A stretch of 64,000 nt of DNA from Thalia democratica (Eukaryota), in NCBI GenBank assembly GCA_965202585.1, contig OZ241826.1:80104001-80168000 (forward strand). The letters run 5' to 3'. Made by a program: the position numbers and the translations under genes. The notes beneath the pieces were generated by a model. The model was given only the letters and a program-made list of their open reading frames with translations, did not search any database and had not been told where the DNA came from. How positions within the stretch are numbered: the stretch's first letter is position 1; the number at the start of each line of letters is the position of its first letter. Of the stretch, positions 54,364 through 64,000 are shown one piece after another.

Positions 54364-57300
54364 ATGGGTTCTTCAGCAGTTCCGGGTATTTCTGCCGATT
54401 TATCGACAATTTTAAGCCAATCAGGTGCCGAGTTCGGCGATATTTTTTCTCAACCCGACCTTGCCAGTATGTGGATGTTTAACAACCCGGCAGCCATGTT
54501 GCCTGGTAACCCGTTTCCTGGGGGATTTCCGCAAATTCCCTCTAAGCAGCAAAAAGATGGTGAATTTTTTGGGTTCGACCAGCTTCAATTTGGAGGCCCA
54601 AACCAACTTGACTGGTAAGTAATTTGGCAGAAATTTAATTACTAGATACTTAAGTAAAGTAGAAAGTTTTTTTTTTATCGACTGTTGAAAATGTATTTTG
54701 AAAAATATGCTGTTTAAAATACTATTAAACTTCAAGGAACTGTATTTTTTTCAATTGATAAAGAAGTGTTAATTTTAGAATAAATTTGGTTGTCTAGCTC
54801 TTTTGTCTGGTAATTCTTCAAATGTATTTATACTCTAACGCTACAGGTTAAAATACAAAAAAAAAAGTTAATTATTACCATAAAATTTATCTCACGTATT
54901 TTTACTTGGCTCAAAGAGCTTTAAAAGTTCTACGAACAAAGTTAAAATTAATAATTTAATCTGGTTCAAGTGTTATCGAAAAGTATTTATAAATTACCTG
55001 TAAATATCGATATTTTTTTTTTAAGCGATAATAAAACTAACAACTTCAAAGAAGTACTAGCTAAATCCAATTGTTTCGTTTTAAAGTAGTTCTTGCTTAA
55101 AACTCTAAAAAACTAAGCTTAAATAAAACAATCATCTTTTTTAGAACTTTTTTTGGAACCTTAAAGTTATTAATTTCAAAGTAACACTAACTGATAAAGT
55201 TGTGTCTTTCTAAATAACACTGCTAAAGACTATAAAAAACTAATTCTCGAAAACATTTACATCAAAAAGATTTTTCTTGAGAAAAAACTTGAAGCTTTAG
55301 ACATATGGTTTACTTTATTGCGTATGGAGGAAGCTTAAAACCGCCTTAGCAGACGTCGGTGATTTTTGTCGATGCTGGTTAATTAAAAGTACGACGCTGA
55401 AAGTTGGACGACCCGGTTGCCAAGCAACCATACCACCTCGGTTGCCATCCGAGAGACCACAAGTGTTTATCGGCTTCAATGCAGCTCGAAACTTGGCAAC
55501 CGTTGCTAAGGAGCTTGTTTACATGGTGACGTGGTCGTCGGATGTGTTTTTACTGGCGCGTGTGTGGCTGGTTGCTATGGAAACTGCTGACTTGTTGAGT
55601 TGTAACAACATAAAAATAACTACTGTTTAACACGCTGTTTGCGAAAAAATTTCTTTCGTTTGATTTATATATTCAACTTTATATTAAAACTTTTCTTTTG
55701 TTCTAGTTTTTTTTTAATAACTTAATATACTAATTTTCACAAACGCTGTTTAAATTTTTAATTGCTTAATAGTCAACTTTTTCAGGTTACAAGTTTTAAA
55801 CCTGATGAACCTGAACAAGAAACAAGAAAGTATGATGCCGTTTCCTAATATGCCAATGTTCGACAACACAACGCTTTCACGGTAAAATAATAAATTACTA
55901 AAATAAAGCGTGTTTCTATCAGCTTGTAAGATAAAAAACTAACCTTCTCAACGGTAAAGTTTTGAATTAATAAAACTATTACTAAGTCGTTTTTTATTAG
56001 ATTTTTTTAAGACAAAAAACTATAACTTTTACTCACAGTAAAATTAGTTATCATTTTTTCACAGCAACAACCAGTTCAATCATCATCAGCTTGTTTCAAC
56101 GCAACAGAGATCAACTTCCGCTATGACGTCATCACCAGAACTGTCATCCACGACTTCCGTTGTCGAATGTCAGCAGCCCCCGGTTGTTACTAGTAGCAAC
56201 GGAAAAAGAGTCGTTACTCCTAACGGCAACTGTTAGTTTTCGTTGAACCGTGTGGTGTTGTGTACATACGACAAAAAAGTCAATACGAAACTAAAATTTT
56301 CATTTATATTTAGTACAATTTTTTCTATATATATGTATCATTTATATTTTTAAACATTTTTTAATTCGTTTTTGATTTTCTATTAAAATCTTTATGATAT
56401 ACATAGCCCTTAACCTCGCATATGTGGAACAAATTTTGCAGCTGATAAATTGGTTTAATTTCTTTAGAAATTAATTGAAGCTAGCAATGGTTTCAATACT
56501 CTCCAATACAGCTTTAATTTTTTTGTGACATTTACGGATGGAGAAAATGTTACAGGTTTTTAATATAAACTTTAAAGTTTATGTATTTAAGCGCTTAAAT
56601 TTATAAACGAAGTTTACACATATTAACTTACACTCGTCAAAGCTTTTCGGGCTCGCAAGTTTTTAACAGGCGCAATTGATTTTCAACAAAATCAAATTTG
56701 AATGATCAACCGTACAACCTCGCGCGTACTTAATTGCTATTCTACTCAAATTTGATTGCTAAAAAAAGCTGTTTTCAGTAACTTCGGTGCTAAGTTCTGA
56801 CACTGCGGATTGGCGTTGACCTACCCCTTTGTTCCAATCAATCTTCGGCTGTAAAATCCGAAACTGCGCAACGCTGATGTATAGAGAAGGTGATTAATTA
56901 TTTCGTTATACATCGAGAAGGCTTCTTATTGTATTGTTGTTGGCGGTTTTCAAACAAAATACTGCTTGCGTTATTTGCACACAGGTCAATGCAGACGACT
57001 GCCAACATGTTGATAAATTTTTGTGTATTTAAAGATTAGGATGCGCATTTTTTTATATCATATTTTATTATTTTTTTGGTTTGAACTTTGATATAATACA
57101 TGTAAGACTTGATCAATTTTATTAATTTTTTCAGTACGTTTTTGCATGTCTAACAAGTCTAATATGTTTGATGCTTTGAAATACTTCAATGGCTGGCAAG
57201 AAATAAAAAGCCTGACAAAGAAAAATGACTGACAAGAAAAGCTGCGGCCTACATGAAAAAAATCTTTTTTTTCTTTGCTGAATTTTTAGAAATATTTTAC

Positions 57301-60300
57301 TATAAGCTTCTCGCTTTTAATTAAGCTGCACCTCGCTAAGATTTTTAAAACACTGAAAGGTCGACTTGTCTCGCGATGTGTGTCTTTGAAAAGCGTTAAA
57401 TCACGGAACACGCCTCTGAAATAAGCTAAAAGCTTTGAGTGGCGCAGCGAGCTAAGTTGGCTTCTTATCTGCCGTTCAATCATTCAGCGAGTTTCGGCGG
57501 CAACTATTCTCGCATTGTTCGCCTCACACGACACGATAGAGATAGAAATTCAAACGGCCGCAGCGAAAAAAAGCAAATAAAATTTGGTGCGGCAATAAAT
57601 AATGAATAAAAGCTTCTTGCCTCAATCAATTATTCGCAATGTAGGTTTTCAAACACATCACCGAGGACAGTTGAATTTTAGTTTTTATTGGCTTTCCGAG
57701 ATAAAGAAACAAAAAGTGAAAAGGCAAAAAACTTGCAGGTTGCGTTATAAAATAAAGCTTGAACGAAAAGGAAGCTCGTCAATCGATAAATTAGACACGG
57801 AAGACAGCTAATGGTGACCTTACGCAACGATTCTATCTACGAAGGTTGTCATTGGCAAAACACAACGATGCAAAAAAAAAAACCGATGAGCTGCAATGAC
57901 GTGACAAAGGATTAAGAGCATAAAGAAGCAGCGACGGAAGCAGATGATTTCGAGTAGAAGGAAGCAAATAAGCGTGACTAGTTTTCAATATTTGTTTTTC
58001 ACCTTGCTGCTTGTACAAACAAAAATATTTGCGGTGTCAACATGCGAGCGGCCAGCAAACATCGACGGCGATTTAAAAAAAAATAAGAGGAGAACGCTGC
58101 TTGACGCTTTGTGCTAACTAAAAAGCTTTCAGCTGCCGCTCGCACGCCAAACAACGCTAGCTGTGACGTCATAAAGATCTCTGTGTCAAAAGTTCTCGCT
58201 CTCGTCACACCAGGCTTTCCAACTTTCTTAGTTACAAAGCCCCGCTCTACAGCTAAGTATTGACGACGAAATACTTTTCACTTTTTTTTTTCTTTTTCTC
58301 AGAAAGCAAATAAAAACTAAAATTCAACTGTCCTCGGTGAGTGTTTGAAAACCTTCATTGCGAATAATTACTTTTAGCTATTTACTCAAAATTTAGTAAT
58401 TTGAAGGTTATAATTTTCTAATATCACTAATAAGTTTGGTAATAGAACTGTAAATTAATAGGCTATGAAACATATCAAAGCGGATATTTAAGTAACGAAA
58501 ACCATAAGCTTATTTTACAAATATGAAACTAAAAGTTAAAATTTTAAGATAAAATATTTACAGATTTGATGAAAAGCTCAGTGACCAAAGTTAGAACACA
58601 AAACCGGTTGTCAGAGGCAACAAGCCATCACCACGTAGCAACGGAGGGTTGCAGGTGGACGGTGAACCTGCCGAAAGGACACGTGAGCAGTTCGGAGGTG
58701 GAAGTGAAGAAGGACGAAAGTGGAGAGGAGTTTTTGGAGGTGACTTGCGGCGACAACAATGCCCTCCTCTACATCGCAAGACTCAGCCAGGGTAGCAAAG
58801 GTATTAACATACTTTTTTTTAATTCAAATACTTTTATTCGAAAATAAAGAAGCATAAAATTAATTTATTGTCATAGTTAATAAGTAAACTATAGTTAAAA
58901 AAAATCTTAAAGACCCTTTCAATCGTCAGTATACATTTTTTATTTCCTATATTTACTTTAAATTGGATTGTTCTTACTTGGTATATGTTTAAATAAGTTA
59001 TAGGTTTATATTTATGTAATTATTATAAAATATCAGTAAAATTTGTAAGTACCTCTATATTAAAACAAAACTAGATTGGATTATAAACGTTGCTGTCTAA
59101 TGTTTTATAAAAATGCAGTGTTAAAAGTGTTTAAATGTTGATGTAGATAATATTTTTTCTAACATTTTTCAAAAGTTCATGGCTACAAAAACAGTAAATT
59201 AAATGTTTGTGTTCTACCAATTTTCAGTTATATCAAAAATTACAACTTGTATCAAAATTGTTTTGTTTTTTATTATTACATATTGTTATTACAGTATTTA
59301 AAAATGTGATTAAAAAGAAAATATATTTTTAAAAACTGTTTAGTGTATCCAAACTTACATTAAACAAACCTTTAATAAAAAAATTAAAGCTCCTGTAAGT
59401 GTATCTAAAATAAAAAGCTTTGTTTTACAACAAGAACTGTCAAAACTAAAAATTATTTTGAGCAAAGTCATTAAGAATGTTATACATGTATGTAAAATAT
59501 ACAACCTTTTTAAAATATTGTTTAAAAATGTTTTTTAAATAGATTTAATTTAGAACAACTCAAAATAGATATTAAAAAAAAAATTGTTTCAAGCTAGTAA
59601 AATAAAAAAAGTTAACATCAGAATTATATCTATAATATTTTTACAAAAGTAAAAGAAATTATAAAAGTAAAGGATAACTCGCTAAAAAAATGTGACAATA
59701 AATTAAGACTTAAACGACAATACGAGAGAATTTTCAAACGAACGGCGTCAACAGCTCACAGTTAAATGGCTGCAAATCAAAACAAAAGCAATTGCTCACA
59801 AAAGTATTTCGTTGCAATTTGATTACTTTCTCGCAACGCAGACTGTTCCTTATATCGCCTAGATTTTTTTGTTTATTTGACCAGAACGTGAAATTCCATT
59901 CAATCGGGCCGCTTGTGATTTTTTCTAACATTTCTCTTCATTTCTAAGACGGCTTTTGCGCTAAATGTCGTCTCTATCCGTAAATTACATTAGCTTTTTG
60001 CGTGCAACTAGTAGAACAAAGTTTAACGTTATTACTGTGCTCTTTCTTTTCTATTTTTGTACGTTAGACTTTAAAGCTTTAAGAAAAAAAATTTTATCTA
60101 AAAGTTTTAAATAGTTTAATACAAATTAAAAAAAGAAAACAGGTACCTCAAGAAAGTTTTCAACGTTTAATTTTACGGATCTTAACTTTACAGGCAAATC
60201 GATTCTGTATGAGCTTGGGGGCAAGCAGAGCTGGATGCATCCCAACGAGTTCCAAGCGATAAGCGGGAGGGAGACTGCTAAAGATTGGAAGAGGAGCATC

Positions 60301-63300
60301 AGACATCACGGGAAGAGTCTGAAAGCTCTCATGTCAAAATCGGTGATCATTCATCATCAGAACGAATGCGAATGTGAATGGTGTCTGAAGAACATTGCTT
60401 TCCTCGCTCAAAATCACGTGGTGAGATTTTGTTTTTGTCTGTTATCTCGTTGAAAATTTTTTAATTAAACTGAAGCTTTAGCGGTAAAGTACTTTATCCT
60501 AGGGAAAATTAACATTTGCTGATACAAACGATAATCATTATGTATGTGTGGTTAAAAAAATTGTTGAACTTTTATTTTAGTTTTTATTTTACAGATAGAC
60601 TAAAAGCAAAGATAAAAAAATTATATATAGATAACATAAATTAAAAAAATAAAGTTATTTGTTTTTAGTATATTTAGCAAAAATTAATTTAGAAAAGATA
60701 TTTTATATGGTACATGAAAAAGGCTGATTTTAATTAGTTACAAAGCAAATATTTTAATCCTAGGTATTTTGGTTTTTTAACTTCGTTAAAGAATATAGAT
60801 GTTACTTTTTTTTTTTTTAATTTCTTTAAGTTAACAAAATATCAAACAGACAAGTTTATCTGAAGATATCGTGCCAAATAAAATAAGCCATATTTTCCCT
60901 TCCACCATCAAAAACCAGCGGGAAGATCATGATAACGTCACTGCATGGCAACCGTTAGTTTCGTTGCCAAGCAACCTACCTAACTCTCCTATGATGGGTT
61001 TCGACAGCTCGCCGTTGCTGGCCAAAATCGGCGAATCAGCGACGAGAAGTTCCGCATTCACTTGCGTTCTGCCGTCTAGAAAAATGTTTGTTGTTTATTT
61101 TTTTTCGAACTGAGCAACCTTTTTATTACATTTTTTAGTATGATTTAAACACTAAATGTGGTTTTACAATGTATATCTTAAAGCACATTTCACAAAAGTT
61201 TTGTATTTTATAAATTTGTTGCTAATATTTGAAAATTGTTTAGAGCTTCCCCACCACAAATTCAACATAAATATCCATCTTCGACTGAGAAAAAAGTTCA
61301 AAATCATTCTTCAAACGAAGAGACATCTTCCCGAAAAAGGTCTCACAACGTTGAAGAAAACCAGGTTTGGAATTGTTTCAATTGGAAAAATTTTTTTTTG
61401 AAATATTTATCTATCAAATTTAAACAGTTTAATATTTAAGAATCGTTTGAATGAAGAAGCAAACGAAACACGTCCTACTGTTAACAAGAAATCAAAATTT
61501 GAAGATGGTTTGTTTTTTAAAATGCATATTTTAAAGTATTTGAACTCATAGAAATAGTAATATGAATTTTAAAATCTGCAGATAATTTAGTACTACTGTT
61601 TTTTCTGTAATTTTGTTTTACAAACAATACAAAATTAATTCTAGATATTAAAATACAGATTTTTTAGACTTTCTGCCGAACTTACACGAAAATTCAATTA
61701 ACTTCGACTACAACAAGTAGGTTTTTATTATATTAAAAAGAAAATTGCTAACAGCTGTCCTTAAAAATAAAAGCAAATAATCGTTCAAAGTAAATGTTTC
61801 CGTTAACATACGAGTAAAAATAATTTATCTTTTTATTCAGAAAATTTTAGATTTATTTTTAAAACAAATTTTTTTTTCAAGTTCTCAGCCTACAAAAGTA
61901 CATGTTACAAAAAATATATAACTCTATATTTTTAACAAAGTTTTAATTCAAGCCAGCTTATTTTGCGCTGCTAAAAATTGACATTTAAACTAATTTTTGC
62001 AAATAAATGTTTGTACACTTCTAACATTTTATTTTGTTTTATATTCTAAAATTATTATAGACAGATAAATTATTTATTATACTGTATAACTGTTTAGTCT
62101 ATATACTATTATTTATTTAACTTGGCTTAAAAATCTTTAATTTACATTGAGATGGTTTAAAACAATGTTGTTATTATTTATAGATTTTTTAGATAAAGTT
62201 TTTGTACAAAATATAGTGGTAATGAATTATTTTATAAATATTAAGTTGCTAAAAGTTTTACAGGAAAACAATTTTTTTACTTGACGAAAGTTTAAACTTA
62301 AAGTATTTGTAACTTACTAGATTAGAACTATTTTATTTTGTAGAATAAAAAAGCTTTATGAAGCTAAAAACAGTTGTTTGCATAGCAGATTTATCATGAC
62401 TTTTATTATTTATTATCTTGTTTACGTGTATAAAAAAAGTTTTATATTAAAGTTAAAAAACTAGTAGTAATTATAAGTCATTTTTTTTAACAAATCTTTA
62501 TTGAATTTTAAATTATATTTTTTAAGTTAATAATTTTGTTTTATTTATTAATTTATTTCTAGACTAATGCTGGATAAGACGAATCTTGTAAAGAACATGG
62601 CAGCTGCATTCGGTCAATTGGCGCCAAATTTACTTGAAAATATTAAAATAAATTGCAAGTCTGAAGCAGAAGAAGATGTGAGCCAATCAGAAGAATGGCA
62701 TTCAAAAAATGTCAATCTGAAAAACAACTCAAAAGAAGCTAATGTTGAAGTTGTAAACAAGTAAGTAGTTTTATGTATATTTAAACTTTATGTTGCACTT
62801 AAGTTAACCCTTTTAAAGCAAGTAAGTCTTAGAATCTACAAAACATATTTTATCTTCAAACATATTTTATCCGATAAGCGTTTTTACTTCATAATGTTAA
62901 AAACATCCATATACCAAAAATTCAACTAACAAACCTTGAAACTTAACTTAAAAGCTAAGTAAATAAACAATAAACTTATGTTTCAAAATTAACTTCATAG
63001 CTGTCAAAGCACATTACGTAATTATTGTAGAACTAATTTTTTACTTTAATTCTAGCAAAAGAAACGAAAAAAATGAAACAGCTGTTATAAAGTCAATGCA
63101 GAAGAACGTAAAAAGATCAAAAAGTGTTCCTATGTAAGTTTGTAATATTTTTTGTAAAATTTATTTATGGATATAGTTTAATTTTTAAATAGATATAATT
63201 CAATCAAATAAAAATGCATACTTTGTATCACATAACTTTTGTTTTCTTTTTCAAAGCTTTGTAAAGCTGATAGTTGTAAAAAAATATTCCTACTGCAGTA

Positions 63301-64000
63301 AAACTTAACCTTTTGTGAAACAAAAATAAAATGTTAGATTTTCATTTTCAGAGAACTTAAAGAACATACCAAAAGGCTAAGAACTTCTAGTTCACTTTTT
63401 AACTCGTAAGTTTATAAGAACTTTATACATCTAACATAAATTTGTTGTTTAAATCTGTAATAACCTTGTTTTGCTTTACAGAAATTCCACTTCAGAAGGC
63501 GTTTCTCTTAACAACTTTAATCTTCTGAACAACAAAACAACGCTTAAAACTGAACCCCTACATCAAACCCAAACAAAAAACGCTTTATTGTTGGGTAAAA
63601 CTAACAACAGAACGTCTTTTATGTCTCCTGATGAACTTACAATTGAAACGATATTGAAAAACTCTGATGACATGATCAAATGGAGTTGTGAAAGAGTCGG
63701 TCAGTATTTAGATGAAATCAATTTGGGACAGTATAAACAAGTGAGTTGAAATTATAAAACTCAAAACGCATCATTTTCTTTAGGAATTTCTTAAGACTAT
63801 GTATAATTAAATTCGAACGTAGTCATAAATAGTTTTACTTAATACTAAAACTTTGAAAATAAAAGGACTTCAGTCTTGTTTAAATTAAAATTTTTAAGTT
63901 GTTGTTTGTTCTACAACACGAAATAGAAATATAGTTATGCAATAGTAACCATGACAACAGATCTTCCTTGACAACGGAATCAATGGACATTCCCTCCCGT
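54364..64000 (+). CDS. SAMD11: SAMD11-like copy C (inverted paralogue of A; final exon truncated by window end)
   Basis: Exons 54364-54614, 55786-55881, 56065-56231, 58564-58800, 60194-60420, 60850-61085, 61244-61364, 61441-61507, 61668-61716, 62563-62760, 63056(or 63082)-63132, 63352-63405, 63482-63740, 63961->64000. SAND in exons 4-5; SAM starts WSCERVGQYLDEINLGQYKQ|IFLDNGINGHSLP. Sizes of exons 2-6, 8 and 9 equal those of copy A. Exon 11 keeps frame only with the 63082 acceptor. Confidence 0.82.
55415..55585. promoter_or_regulatory. Paralogous RFX X-box cluster in intron 1 of copy C
   Basis: GTTGCCAAGCAAC 55416-55428, GTTTACATGGTGAC 55517-55530, GTTGCTATGGAAAC 55571-55584. Confidence 0.55.

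Larger units (their letters stand above)
48540..62000. repeat. Right outer arm of inverted duplication
   Basis: Reverse complement of the left arm, e.g. 49770-49800 GAAGCTCGCTTTAAACCAGAAAGCTAACC vs 14640-14672 GGTTAGCTTTCTGGTTTAAAGGGCGCTTC. Confidence 0.85.

Overview
Very AT-rich animal genomic DNA with GT-AG introns. It is possibly an invertebrate chordate such as an ascidian, but the sequence alone cannot establish this. The window is dominated by a local expansion of a SAND-domain + Polycomb-type SAM-domain gene (SAMD11/SAMD7-like). Three 14-exon paralogues were reconstructed by hand. Copy A is on the - strand at 9907 to <921 and runs off the left edge. Copy B is on the - strand at 39829-30360 and has an in-frame TAG in exon 9 plus a frame problem in exon 3. 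Copy C is on the + strand at 54364 to >64000 and has a frame problem in exon 11. Exon-poor relics of further copies lie at 19.5-23 kb (+) and 43.4-46.5 kb (-). Collinear inverted matches (1-16.8 kb with 48.5-62 kb; 20.3-26.7 kb with 40.9-46.5 kb) all centre on about 32-34 kb, so the window looks like one decayed giant inverted duplication with copy B in the spacer. The GC-rich SAND exon appears homogenised between copies by gene conversion. An unpaired two-exon gene (18487-17728, -) encodes a 119-aa protein with an N-myristoylation motif and a ubiquitin-like fold. Also present: two arm-specific MITEs, an intronic RFX X-box cluster, conserved intronic elements that outlive their exons, and a conserved apparently non-coding exon/60-nt-intron unit in three copies. 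All alignments were done by eye; no database searches were run.
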